From: Marinoscillum sp.
GTDB taxonomy: Bacteria > Bacteroidota > Bacteroidia > Cytophagales > MED-G16
DNA length: 64,000 bases
Assembly (NCBI GenBank): GCA_038134805.1
Contig: JAYPVV010000004.1
Location: forward strand, 9,214 to 73,213
Reading direction: 5' to 3'
Shown here: piece by piece, positions 48,501 to 58,838 of the stretch
Position numbering within the stretch: position 1 is the stretch's first letter
How the letters are laid out: the number at the start of each line of letters is the position of its first letter
Translations under genes and position numbers: made by a program
Notes under the pieces: model-generated
Seen by the model: the letters and a program-made list of their open reading frames with translations, nothing else
The model's database searches: none
What the model was told of the DNA's origin: nothing

Positions 48501-49787
48501 CTATCTTTTTGATATATCTGTGTACTCTCTCTTTTTTTCACCAGTATATATTTGTCTTGGTCTTCCGAGAGGTTCATTATTTTCCCTCATTTCTTTCCAT
48601 TGTGAAATCCATCCTGGCAATCTTCCAAAAGCAAACATTACTGTAAACATCTCAGGAGGGAAACCAAGAGCACGATATATTATCCCGCTATAGAAATCAA
48701 CATTTGGGTAGAGTTTTTTATCAATAAAGTACTGATCTTCAAGAGCAATCTGTTCTAATTTTTTTGCTAAGTCAAGAACAGGATCATCAACGCCTAACTT
48801 TTCTAGGACATTATCTGCAGCGACCTTAATTATTTTTGCCCTTGGGTCAAAGTTTTTATAGACTCTGTGTCCAAATCCCATTAGTCTAAATGGATCATCC
48901 TTATCTTTTGCTTTCTTTATATATTTGTTAATATCATTGCCATCTTTAATAATGGAATCAAGCATTTCAATAACAGCTTGGTTAGCTCCTCCGTGAAGAG
49001 GACCCCATAACGCGTTAATACCTGCAGAGATAGAAGGGTAAATACTAGTATGAGATGAACCAACTATTCTAACAGTAGAAGTTGAACAATTTTGCTCATG
49101 ATCAGCATGTAAAATTAAGAGCTTATTTAATGCATCAGTTACAACAGGGTTCTGTACGTAAGGTTCAGATGGAAGCTCAAACATCATCTTTAAAAAATTT
49201 GAGCAGTAATCCAAACTATTGTCAGGGTATATAATAGGGTGGCCATTTCTTTTTTTATAAGACCAAGCAGCAAATGTTGGGAATTTGCCTAAAATTCTAA
49301 CTATACTTAAATCAACAAGTTCTTTTGACCTATTCGGATCAAGAGATTCTGGATAAAAAGCACTCAAACTCGTTATTAAAGAGGAAAGTATACCCATAGG
49401 ATGGGCTTTTGATGGATATCCTTCTAGTATTATTTTAAAATCTTCATGAACGAGTGTGTGTGTTTTAATGTTATTTTCAAATTTATCTAATTCTAATTTT
49501 GTAGGTAAATTACCATAAATAAGTAAATAACATACTTCAGTAAAAGTTGATTTAGAAGCTAACTCTTCAATTGAATATCCTCTATGTCTAAGTATACCTT
49601 TTTCACCATCTAAATAAGTAATATTACTTGTGGTCGATCCTGTATTTTTGAAACCTTTGTCAAGAGTAACAAGGCCTGTTTCAGATCTTAAGCTCGATAT
49701 ATCAATTGCTTTTTCATTTTCTGATCCAGTTATGACTGGTAATTTTATTTCTTTACCGTCAAAGTGAAGGGATGCAAATTCACTCAT
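48501..49787 (-). CDS. gltA: Citrate synthase
   Basis: 428 aa with LLILHADHEQNCSTSTVR, GPLHGGAN, and GFGHRVYKNFDPRA. Confidence 0.95.
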   Translation of the reverse strand: MSEFASLHFDGKEIKLPVITGSENEKAIDISSLRSETGLVTLDKGFKNTGSTTSNITYLDGEKGILRHRGYSIEELASKSTFTEVCYLLIYGNLPTKLELDKFENNIKTHTLVHEDFKIILEGYPSKAHPMGILSSLITSLSAFYPESLDPNRSKELVDLSIVRILGKFPTFAAWSYKKRNGHPIIYPDNSLDYCSNFLKMMFELPSEPYVQNPVVTDALNKLLILHADHEQNCSTSTVRIVGSSHTSIYPSISAGINALWGPLHGGANQAVIEMLDSIIKDGNDINKYIKKAKDKDDPFRLMGFGHRVYKNFDPRAKIIKVAADNVLEKLGVDDPVLDLAKKLEQIALEDQYFIDKKLYPNVDFYSGIIYRALGFPPEMFTVMFAFGRLPGWISQWKEMRENNEPLGRPRQIYTGEKKREYTDISKR

Positions 49788-49795
49788 TTTATTAT

Positions 49796-50623
49796 TTAAT
49801 TATTTCCACCAAGAATAATTGGAAGTCCATCTTTGCCACTTCCAACAACAACAACTTTAGAGTTAGGTGAGTTAGCAAGTTTACTTGTTGCCTCAATTCC
49901 TCTCATTTTTAATAGGTTTGCTGTCAAGCTATTACTAACTATCCTGTTTGCGTCAGCTTCACCTTGTGCTTCGATTCTTTTCCTTTCAGCTTCGCTTTTT
50001 TCTCTTTCTAATCTATACTGATAAGCTAAAGCCTCTTGTTCTTGTTGTAATTTATTTTCAATTGCATTCTTAATTTGAGCAGGTAAAGTTATGGATCTTA
50101 TTAGAAGCGATTTCAGGACTATATTATTTCCAGGCTGATCTAATACCTCACTAGCCTCTAACTGAATTAAATTCTCTACTTCTGCTCTCTTTGTAGAATA
50201 TATTTCTTCAGCAGTATATCTTCCCATTACATCTCTTACAGTCGATCTAAAAACTGGTCGAACTAATCTTCTTAAATAGTCAAATTGATAAGTTTCATAT
50301 ATTTCTCCAACACTATCATATTTAAGATGAAAATTCATGGTGACGTCTACATTAATACTAAGCCCACTACCATCAAGAACGTCAATAGTTTCTTCAACAA
50401 GATTATCAGTTATATCAAACTTATAGATATCATTCCATGGTGCCTTAACACCGAATCCTGGTTTAATGACATTAGCCTTGTCTAGGCCTTTACCGAATTT
50501 ATAGAAAATGACTGCTCTTTCAGTTGATTCAATAACATAAAACAAGCTGGAAGCAAATGAAAAAAGGATAGTTAATCCGAAAAGTAAAAAAATTATTGCT
50601 GATACTAATTTAGAGTTTTGCAT
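49796..50623 (-). CDS. SPFH / band-7 (prohibitin-like) membrane protein
   Basis: N-terminal TM, an SPFH core, then an Ala/Glu-rich coiled tail (QEQEALAYQYRLEREKSEAERKRIEAQGEADAN). Confidence 0.85.
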   Translation of the reverse strand: MQNSKLVSAIIFLLFGLTILFSFASSLFYVIESTERAVIFYKFGKGLDKANVIKPGFGVKAPWNDIYKFDITDNLVEETIDVLDGSGLSINVDVTMNFHLKYDSVGEIYETYQFDYLRRLVRPVFRSTVRDVMGRYTAEEIYSTKRAEVENLIQLEASEVLDQPGNNIVLKSLLIRSITLPAQIKNAIENKLQQEQEALAYQYRLEREKSEAERKRIEAQGEADANRIVSNSLTANLLKMRGIEATSKLANSPNSKVVVVGSGKDGLPIILGGNN

Positions 50624-50645
50624 AGTTTATTTTGATTTTTATCCA

Positions 50646-50653
50646 CAAATATA
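50646..50653 (-). promoter_or_regulatory. Bacteroidota-type -7 promoter box (TATATTTG) upstream of the SPFH-gltA pair
   Basis: Exact TAnnTTTG match on the minus strand, 22 nt before ATG 50623 and just after the tyrS stop. Confidence 0.35.
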
Positions 50654-50656
50654 AGT

Positions 50657-51931
50657 TTATTCAACAATAATAAAAGTATAATTTTTCTTACCTTTTTGAA
50701 TGAGTATATATTTTTCGTGTTTTAATTTATCTGATAAATTATACTCTTCACTTGTAATTTTTTCTTTGTTTATTGTGAGACCATTATTTTTTATTAATCG
50801 AATAAGCTCAGATTTAGAAGAAAATATTTCAAAATTAGTTGACTCAGTAAGAACTGTTTTTAAATCGCTATGTAACTTTTCCCTCTTAATTCTCACACAA
50901 GGAACTGCAGTAGAGAGTGATTCTATAACCTTTTCGTCTAAATTATCAAAATCTTCTTTTTCAAATTTCCCAAAAAGAACTTTAGATGTTGATTGAGCTA
51001 TTTTTAATTTTTCTTTATTATGAACAATCTCAGTAATTTCTTCAGCTAATGCATTTTGAAGTATTCTAAGATGAGGCTCTTTATCATGATCCGAAATTAA
51101 TTTTTTTATTTCTCTCTCATTTTTTTGAGTAAATATTTTAATGAAAATCTTTGCGTCATCGTCAGTGACATTAATCCAAAATTGATAAAATTTATATGGG
51201 CTAGTCTTTTTTTCATCTAACCATACATTTCCTTCCTCTGTTTTTCCAAATTTTCCACCATCAACTTTAGTAATAAGTGGGGTAGTGAGAGCATGAGTCT
51301 CTCCTGATTCAATTCGTCTTATAAGTTCACTTCCTGTTAAGATATTTCCCCACTGGTCTGAACCACCAAACTGAATTTTTACATCTTTATTTTTCCACAA
51401 CCAATAAAAATCATATCCTTGAATAAGCTGATAACTAAATTCTGTGAATGAGATTCCAGTTTCTAATCTATTTTTCACTGAATCTTTTGCAATCATATAA
51501 TTTACAGATATATGTTTTCCAACTTTTCTTAAAAAATCAAGAAGATTAAAATCTTCAAACCATGTTTTATTATTTACAATTGAAGCCGAATTAGGTCCAG
51601 TAAAATCGAGAAATTTTTCAAATTGAAGCCGTATCTTATTTTGATTTATAATCAATGTTTCTTCATCTAAGAACCTTCTCTCTTTTGTTTTTCCAGAAGG
51701 GTCACCAATCATACCAGTTGCTCCGCCGATTAAGATGATAGGTTTATGTCCACATTTCTGGAAATGAACCAATGTCATTATCTGAACAAGATTGCCAATA
51801 TGAAGAGAGTCAGCAGTAGGGTCAAAGCCAATATATCCTGATGTTGAATTTTTTTTAAGATATTCTTCTGTTGAAGGTGTCATATCATGAATTAATCCTC
51901 TCCATCTAAGCTCCTCAACGAAATTTTTCAT
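50657..51931 (-). CDS. tyrS: Tyrosyl-tRNA synthetase
   Basis: HIGH motif (DSLHIGNL), KMSKS-type KFGKT, and a C-terminal S4-like domain. Confidence 0.95.
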   Translation of the reverse strand: MKNFVEELRWRGLIHDMTPSTEEYLKKNSTSGYIGFDPTADSLHIGNLVQIMTLVHFQKCGHKPIILIGGATGMIGDPSGKTKERRFLDEETLIINQNKIRLQFEKFLDFTGPNSASIVNNKTWFEDFNLLDFLRKVGKHISVNYMIAKDSVKNRLETGISFTEFSYQLIQGYDFYWLWKNKDVKIQFGGSDQWGNILTGSELIRRIESGETHALTTPLITKVDGGKFGKTEEGNVWLDEKKTSPYKFYQFWINVTDDDAKIFIKIFTQKNEREIKKLISDHDKEPHLRILQNALAEEITEIVHNKEKLKIAQSTSKVLFGKFEKEDFDNLDEKVIESLSTAVPCVRIKREKLHSDLKTVLTESTNFEIFSSKSELIRLIKNNGLTINKEKITSEEYNLSDKLKHEKYILIQKGKKNYTFIIVE

Positions 51932-52000
51932 TTGATCTTTAATATTAATTATTTACATGCAATATTATTAAAAAACTATTTACTTTTATGAAATAATCTA

Positions 52001-53041
52001 ATGATTCAGACCTTTAATCAAATTGTTAAAAATTTGAATGAAGATAAATTCGATAAAATTTATCTTCTAATGGGTGAGGAGACTTTTTTTATCAAAAAAA
52101 TAGCACTTTTTTTTGAGTCAAAATTTATAGAGGATGCTCACAAAACATTTAATCAAGAAATTCTATATGGCGGTGAATCTTCAGTTGAGCAGATCATTGC
52201 ATCATGCAAGAGTTTTCCAATGATGTCAGACAAAAAGCTTATACTTGTTAAGGAGGCTCAAGATTTAGACGTATTTAAAAGAAATAATGAAAAAAAGAAT
52301 GAATTATTAATTAGTTACATAAGGAAACTGAACCCTTATACGACATTAATAATTTGTCTAAATAATAAAACTTTAGATAAGAGAGGAAAGCTTTTTAAGA
52401 CATTTAATGAGTTTTCTTGCGTGCTGGACTCCAGTTCAAAAGAGAATAAAATTTATGACAATCAGCTTCCCAGCTGGATAAGATCGGAGATAAACAAAAG
52501 AAATTATTCAATTACTGATGATGCACTTTTGTTATTAACAGAAAATATTGGAAATAGTTTAGAAAAAATTGATAATGCTTTAGATAAGATTTTCTTAAAT
52601 ATTTCATCTAAAAACATAACTAAGGATGATATAATTAAGTATACAGGAATAAATAGAGAGTATAACCTCTTTGAATTTCAAGATAGTTTGATTGAGAGAA
52701 ACTCATTAAAATGCAGTAAGATATTGAACTATTTCACTTCAAATGAAATAAAATTTCCAATTCAACAGGTAATAATTTATATGTATGGTTTTTTTTCAAA
52801 GCTTTTAATTATTAAATCTAAAAATATTACTAGTGTAGATACAATTTCATCAACTTTATCCGTTCATCCCTACGTAGCAAAATCATACATGAAAGCAATG
52901 CAAAACTATAACTTAACAGAGTTATTCGTTATTTTAAACTTTGTAAAAGAATTAGATCTAATCTCTAAGGGATTAAAACAAATAAAACCTGACAGCAAGG
53001 CTCTGATGGGTGAGATTATTTATAGAATATTTACCCGATGA
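52001..53041 (+). CDS. holA: DNA polymerase III delta subunit
   Basis: IYLLMGEETFFIKK...FNQEILYGGESSVEQIIASCKSFPMMSDKKLILVKEAQ is the typical HolA N-terminal pattern. 346 aa. Confidence 0.8.
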   Translation: MIQTFNQIVKNLNEDKFDKIYLLMGEETFFIKKIALFFESKFIEDAHKTFNQEILYGGESSVEQIIASCKSFPMMSDKKLILVKEAQDLDVFKRNNEKKNELLISYIRKLNPYTTLIICLNNKTLDKRGKLFKTFNEFSCVLDSSSKENKIYDNQLPSWIRSEINKRNYSITDDALLLLTENIGNSLEKIDNALDKIFLNISSKNITKDDIIKYTGINREYNLFEFQDSLIERNSLKCSKILNYFTSNEIKFPIQQVIIYMYGFFSKLLIIKSKNITSVDTISSTLSVHPYVAKSYMKAMQNYNLTELFVILNFVKELDLISKGLKQIKPDSKALMGEIIYRIFTR

Positions 53042-55974
53042 AATATTTTTTATTACTTATTTTATTTTTTGTAAATACATTTGTTTTTTCACAGAATGAT
53101 AAAAAGTTAAATCAACTATTTTACTCTGGAAATTATTCTACTTACGTTTCTTTCTTTGAAGAAAATTATCCAACTGATGATTTTGAGACTTTATCATCAG
53201 AAATTGTCTCTCAATATATTATTTCACTTCTAAAATCTAATTTTAATTCCAATGATATCATTCCAACAAGAAGACTCAAGTTACTTAGAGATAAAATTGA
53301 GAATTTTATCTTATCAAATAATTCAAAGACAAAGGAAAATCTATATTATGAATTTGGTAAATCTGAGTTTAATATTGACCGTTTTAAATCATCAATTAAG
53401 TTTTTAGAAAAAATTGAGCCTAAAACTGACGAGATAAATTACCTTATTGGAGTAGCTTATTTTAATGATAGAAATTATGAAGCTTCAAAGGATTTTATAT
53501 CTAAAGTTGAAGGTCAAGAATTTACAGATAATGCTAATTATTTCTTAGGTGTTATTTCATATCTAGAGGATAATTTTGAAAGGGCAAAAAATTACTTTGA
53601 TAGAATTTCAGATATTAGTCTTGAAAATAAATTTTTACAGTACATTATTAGCATAAATTATTTAGAAGGTAATTATAATGAAGCAATCTTAAATCTTAAG
53701 AAAGTTAATGAATTAACATTAAATTCTGACTACTGTTATTTCTTTATAGGAAAGTCATATTTTGTAATAAATGATTTTGAAAATAGTATAAATACTCTAA
53801 GTTATATTAAAAATACTATTGATAGAGATGAGGAAATTTCTTTTATGGAAGGGTATTCACACTACATGCTTAAGGATTATGAATCTGCAAAAAAAATATT
53901 CAAATCGTTATCTTATTCTTCCTCAAAATACTCTCAGTATTCATCTTTTTATCTTGGACTTATATTTTTAGATGAAGAAGATTTCAACTTAGCTAAAAAT
54001 TATTTCTATGCATCTTATAAAAAAGATGACGATGAAAACTACACTATTAAGTCACTTCTGAACTATGCCAAAACAAATTATGAAGTAGGAGACTATGACT
54101 TATCAATAGCTGTTATAAATAAATTAAAAAGTACCTATCCCTTATACGTAAATGAGACAATGGATGAATTATTAAGTGAAAATTATTTCATGACAAATGA
54201 TTATTCAAGAATAATTCAATATCTAAATTCTAAGAAAAATATCTCTTCAGATGAAAAAATTAAGTTTCAGTATGTTACTTATCAGAAGGGAGTTAATGAG
54301 TTTAATAGAGGTAATTTTGCTAATTCAATTAAATATTTTGATTTATCACAAAAGTACAACTCTGATAAAGAAATTTATCTAAAATCTATCCTGAATGAAT
54401 CTGAGGCACATTTTATTGGAAATAATTATAAAAAAGCTACCGATGAAATTTTAAAGGTTTATTCTCAAACAATGGCAAATGAATTAAAGTCTAAGTTTGC
54501 TCTTGTCCTTGGGTACTCTTTCTTTAATTTAAATGATTATAGCCTAGCTTCAACTTATCTAAAAAGTTTCTTAGATATAAATGGAAAGCTTAATGAAAAG
54601 TCGGATCTTGATGCTCTTCTAAGGTTAGCTGACTCTTATTACGCATCAAAAAGATTTGATTTAGCCATAACTTATTATGGAGAAAGTCTTGAATTAAATG
54701 AAATAAATAGGAATTATATTAACTATCAACTTGGTCTATGCTATTATGGATTAAATGACTTCACAAATTCTATAGTTTATATGGATAAAGTAATGAATAG
54801 TTCTGAGATTAGTTTACATGATGATGCTATTTTTAGAAAGGCACAGATTTACTTTGAAAATTCTGAGTTCGATATGTCTATAACTAATTTTTCAGAATTA
54901 ATTAGTAGGTTTAAATTTAGCGAGTATCTTCCTTTCTCATATCTTAATAGAGCTACATCTTATTTTAATTTAAGATCGTATGATCAGGCAGAAGCTGATT
55001 ATTTACACATTCTAAATAATATAAATGATTCTAAAATACAAAGTGAGGCTCTTCTTGGAATGCAAAAAATAGTTTCGTACACTAATAACTTCTCTCAGTT
55101 AAATCAACTTATAACTAACTATAAAAATAAATTTCCTGAAAATAATGATATATCAAAGATTCAGTTTGATAATATTAGAAATCTTTACTTTAACCAGAAG
55201 TACGAAGATCTTATTGACTACACTAACAAAATAAAGGCTGAAGATGAAATTTCTTACAATAAATATGAGACTAATTATTATTTGGCAGAGTCACTCTTTA
55301 ATATTAAAGAGTTTAATCAAGCCTCTACAATATATGAAATTCTTCTAGATAGTATTAACTCAAAATATTTCAGTAGATCATTAAATAGGCTTGCCCAAAT
55401 TAACTTGAATATTAAAGATTATGATAAATCATTAATGTATTATAAAAAACTTGAGTCTTCTAGTAATAATAATAGAGAAAAAATAGATTCTTATATCGGA
55501 TCTTTAACAAACTACTATTATTTAAAAAAATATGATTCAGTCCAATATTACTCTAATCAAATAAACAATTTTGATAAGATATCATTTACTAATAGAAATA
55601 AGATAAACCTTCTTAGTGCTAAGTCATTTATTGATACGGGGAACACTTCAAATGCTATTGATAAGCTTCTAACTACTATGAATTTAGTGAAAGATGAAAG
55701 TGCTGCTGAAGCTAATTTTTTACTTGCTCAATTATTTTATAAAAATTCTCAAAAAAATCAGGCACTAGAGTCATTATATTCATTAAATGAAAACTTTTCT
55801 AATTATGAGTATTGGGTAGGAAAATCATATATTTTAATAGCGGATATTTTTATGTCAATGGGAGAAAATTTTCAGGCCAATGCTACTCTTGAATCATTAA
55901 TTGAAAATTCACAAATTGATGATATAGTTCAAGAGGCAACAGTTTTAAAAAATAAAATATCATTAGATGAATAA
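53038..55974 (+). CDS. Secreted 978-aa all-TPR-repeat protein
   Basis: Signal peptide (MKYFLLLILFFVNTFVFSQ, no lipobox Cys). TPR-like A/Y/L/N helical repeats run the whole length. Confidence 0.7.
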   Translation: MKYFLLLILFFVNTFVFSQNDKKLNQLFYSGNYSTYVSFFEENYPTDDFETLSSEIVSQYIISLLKSNFNSNDIIPTRRLKLLRDKIENFILSNNSKTKENLYYEFGKSEFNIDRFKSSIKFLEKIEPKTDEINYLIGVAYFNDRNYEASKDFISKVEGQEFTDNANYFLGVISYLEDNFERAKNYFDRISDISLENKFLQYIISINYLEGNYNEAILNLKKVNELTLNSDYCYFFIGKSYFVINDFENSINTLSYIKNTIDRDEEISFMEGYSHYMLKDYESAKKIFKSLSYSSSKYSQYSSFYLGLIFLDEEDFNLAKNYFYASYKKDDDENYTIKSLLNYAKTNYEVGDYDLSIAVINKLKSTYPLYVNETMDELLSENYFMTNDYSRIIQYLNSKKNISSDEKIKFQYVTYQKGVNEFNRGNFANSIKYFDLSQKYNSDKEIYLKSILNESEAHFIGNNYKKATDEILKVYSQTMANELKSKFALVLGYSFFNLNDYSLASTYLKSFLDINGKLNEKSDLDALLRLADSYYASKRFDLAITYYGESLELNEINRNYINYQLGLCYYGLNDFTNSIVYMDKVMNSSEISLHDDAIFRKAQIYFENSEFDMSITNFSELISRFKFSEYLPFSYLNRATSYFNLRSYDQAEADYLHILNNINDSKIQSEALLGMQKIVSYTNNFSQLNQLITNYKNKFPENNDISKIQFDNIRNLYFNQKYEDLIDYTNKIKAEDEISYNKYETNYYLAESLFNIKEFNQASTIYEILLDSINSKYFSRSLNRLAQINLNIKDYDKSLMYYKKLESSSNNNREKIDSYIGSLTNYYYLKKYDSVQYYSNQINNFDKISFTNRNKINLLSAKSFIDTGNTSNAIDKLLTTMNLVKDESAAEANFLLAQLFYKNSQKNQALESLYSLNENFSNYEYWVGKSYILIADIFMSMGENFQANATLESLIENSQIDDIVQEATVLKNKISLDE

Positions 55975-57631
55975 AAAAATTTTAATACTCTTTCTGTTTT
56001 TTTTAAGTTTTTTGTCTTTTGCCCAGACAAATGAGGGAGAAATAGAAGATGCTCAGATTCTTATTGAAAAGAATAGTAATATTATTCTTCCAAAAGTAGA
56101 CAAGTCTATAAATAAAATTTTGTTAGAAAATAAAAATATTGATAAAAAACAATTCAGTTTTGATACAATTAAGTATCAGGTTCCAACAGATAATAAAAAA
56201 ATTGATAAGACTTTAAGGGATTTGACATCATATTTTGGTGATAAAAACATATTTTTAGACTTAAAAACTGGCAATTATTCATCTTACTACTTACAGACAA
56301 ATCCTTACTTAAAATCTGGAAATGATTTTGTGATTTATTCAGATATTCTTTTAGATTTTAGATTAAAAGGTCAAAAATTAAATACTATTAGTGAAGAGTC
56401 AACTTCTGATTTAAATTTATTTGTAGACTACAAACTAAATTCAAAATCTAACATTACTACACATCTAAATTATAATTCAATTAAAAGTGGTTATTATGGA
56501 TTTACAGAAGAGAATGATATTGCTTTGTCTGATGATTTAATCAAGAATCTGAAATTTACAAATAATTTATTTTACTATAAAATAAATTTTGAGTCTGTAG
56601 AAAATGAATATTTCTATAATGTTAGTTATTCTGGAAAATCATTTCAAAATAATTTTAATTATGAATTGTTTCAAAATTTTAACTCAACCTTATCTCTTCC
56701 TTTATCTAATTTTCTTCTCTCTTTTAAGCCCTCATATTATTCCTATAATTTAGAAAATATATCATTAAACAATAATGTCTTATTTAGTGACCTTTCAATC
56801 CCATTAGTCTTAGATTATTATACTAATAAATTTAATATAAGAATAAATGGTATGTATCAGTTATTATCAAGAGATTTCAAAAATAAGAAGACTATGTCTT
56901 CTTTCTCTCCAGAGATAAAAATTAAATATAACCTTGATAATGTTACCTTTAAATTATCTTACTCTAAAGGTATAACTTATGATAAATTATCATCTATCCT
57001 AACTTCAATGCCTTTTATTTATGATCCAAATATTTCCCAATTTGACTTTAATGAAGAATTTTATAATTTAAATGCTGGAGTTGATTTATCTGTGTATTAC
57101 TCTACTAAAGTTTCATTTAATTTTAATTCCGTTAATTCAATTGGTGGATTAGACTACGCTATTTATGATGGAGAGAATTTACCTATATCTCTTAAAAATC
57201 CATTGTATTTATATTCTCTCAAAAGAAAAAATGTTGAAGAAGTCATAAATACTTATTCTTTTTCTTTTAGAAGAAAATTTTCTAATAGAATAAACTCTTC
57301 TTTAGATTTTGTCTATACTCAGTACGAGGAAAAAGAGGTTTTTCTTCCTTTGTATTATATTGATTTTATTACATCTTACTCTCAGAATAAATTTCATCTA
57401 ACAGTAGGAACTAAATTAGAACTTGAGACATACGGATTAAATTATCAAAATGAGTTATTTAAAATGAATTCATACATTGATGTTTATCTTGAATCATTAT
57501 ATAATATTTCAGATAGATTTGAATTTAGTTTTAATTTAAACAATATTTTAAATAGATATAATGAAAGATTTTTTATGTATCCAGATTTAGCAATAAATTT
57601 TATGGGTGGAGTAAAATGGTATTTTAAATGA
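55967..57631 (+). CDS. Putative outer-membrane beta-barrel protein, unassigned family
   Basis: Signal peptide MNKKILILFLFFLSFLSFAQT. Composition rich in Y/N/S/F with alternating hydrophobicity. C-terminus GGVKWYFK. No plug or TonB-box seen. Confidence 0.45.
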   Translation: MNKKILILFLFFLSFLSFAQTNEGEIEDAQILIEKNSNIILPKVDKSINKILLENKNIDKKQFSFDTIKYQVPTDNKKIDKTLRDLTSYFGDKNIFLDLKTGNYSSYYLQTNPYLKSGNDFVIYSDILLDFRLKGQKLNTISEESTSDLNLFVDYKLNSKSNITTHLNYNSIKSGYYGFTEENDIALSDDLIKNLKFTNNLFYYKINFESVENEYFYNVSYSGKSFQNNFNYELFQNFNSTLSLPLSNFLLSFKPSYYSYNLENISLNNNVLFSDLSIPLVLDYYTNKFNIRINGMYQLLSRDFKNKKTMSSFSPEIKIKYNLDNVTFKLSYSKGITYDKLSSILTSMPFIYDPNISQFDFNEEFYNLNAGVDLSVYYSTKVSFNFNSVNSIGGLDYAIYDGENLPISLKNPLYLYSLKRKNVEEVINTYSFSFRRKFSNRINSSLDFVYTQYEEKEVFLPLYYIDFITSYSQNKFHLTVGTKLELETYGLNYQNELFKMNSYIDVYLESLYNISDRFEFSFNLNNILNRYNERFFMYPDLAINFMGGVKWYFK

Positions 57632-58167
57632 AAAAAAAAGATATTGATTTTGGTTTAAAGAACATAAATATTGAAGATTATAAATTAAATAAATCAAAAT
57701 CCTCTACTTACTTTTCTCTTGTATTCTTTTTCATAATTTTAGTATATATATTCTTTAATGTAGAGTTTAATAAAGATGACCTTCTCTCTGATACTCCATC
57801 TAAAGAGTTAAATTTAGAAGATAACTTTCTTGAAAAAAACATCAACATAGAAGACGATCAAAATATTCAGGAGACTGATTCAATAATTATTAAGGAAGTA
57901 TATTTCGAACCTATAATTACAGAAATTAACTATTTATCTGGAAAATATTATATTATCGCGGGTAGCTTTTCAAATTATAATTTATCTTTAAATAAAGCTA
58001 ATGAGATTAAAAATTTTGGCTTTAATTGCTTTATAATTTCGCCTATAAATCAAAATAAAATGTATAGAGTTGCAGTTGATAATTTTGATAATGTTGAAAA
58101 AGCTAAAGAAATGTTAACTTTTTACAAAGAAAAAATAAATAATGAATTATGGATTTTAAAACATTAA
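57628..58167 (+). CDS. Bitopic membrane protein with a C-terminal SPOR (peptidoglycan-binding) domain
   Basis: TM segment YFSLVFFFIILVYIFF. SPOR-like YYIIAGSFSNYNLSLNKANEIKNFGFNCFIISPINQNKMYRVAVDNFDNVEKAKEM. Confidence 0.65.
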   Translation: MKKKDIDFGLKNINIEDYKLNKSKSSTYFSLVFFFIILVYIFFNVEFNKDDLLSDTPSKELNLEDNFLEKNINIEDDQNIQETDSIIIKEVYFEPIITEINYLSGKYYIIAGSFSNYNLSLNKANEIKNFGFNCFIISPINQNKMYRVAVDNFDNVEKAKEMLTFYKEKINNELWILKH

Positions 58168-58838
58168 TACTACAGATAATTAATTCAAATGACTCTACAG
58201 TTACAGCCTTAAGCCAAGATCAGATAACTGTTATGGAGTTGTTATTTAAGGGTGGATTTATGATGATACCAATCTTGGTGTTGTTTATAGTTACTATTTA
58301 TATATTAATTGAAAAAATATTAATTATTAATAAAGAATCTAAATCCCCTAAAGGATTTACTGATGAAATTTTATCAAGAGTAAAAAATGATGATATCAAT
58401 GGTGCTAAATTGGTCTGTAATGATACAGATAATCCTGTTTCAAGGATGATTTTAAAAGGTCTCAATAAATTAAATACATCTTTGAAAAATATTGAGTCCT
58501 CAATTGAAAATGTTGGTAAAATTGAAATCTATAATTTAGAAAAAAATTTAAGTTTATTAGCTACAATTTCAGGAGCTGCTCCTATGATTGGTTTTTTAGG
58601 AACAGTTACTGGAATGATTCAAGCGTTCATTTCAATAGCTGAAGAAGAAGGAGCCGTTAGCCCTAAATTACTTTCTAGTGGAATCTATGAGGCGATGCTT
58701 ACTACAGCTGCTGGATTATTTGTTGGAATTGTTGCTTACTTGGCTTATAACTATCTAGTTACTAGGGTTGAAAAATTAATCCATAAGATGGAATATACTA
58801 CAATAGAATTTTTAGAAACTTTACAGAGTAAAAAATGA
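58149..58838 (+). CDS. exbB: MotA/TolQ/ExbB-family proton channel
   Basis: Three TM segments. Signature LATISGAAPMIGFLGTVTGMIQAF. Confidence 0.85.
   Translation: MDFKTLILQIINSNDSTVTALSQDQITVMELLFKGGFMMIPILVLFIVTIYILIEKILIINKESKSPKGFTDEILSRVKNDDINGAKLVCNDTDNPVSRMILKGLNKLNTSLKNIESSIENVGKIEIYNLEKNLSLLATISGAAPMIGFLGTVTGMIQAFISIAEEEGAVSPKLLSSGIYEAMLTTAAGLFVGIVAYLAYNYLVTRVEKLIHKMEYTTIEFLETLQSKK

Noticed and set aside
50700-50996. 98-aa ORF antisense to tyrS
   Set aside because: It is a shadow ORF inside the TyrRS C-terminal domain.
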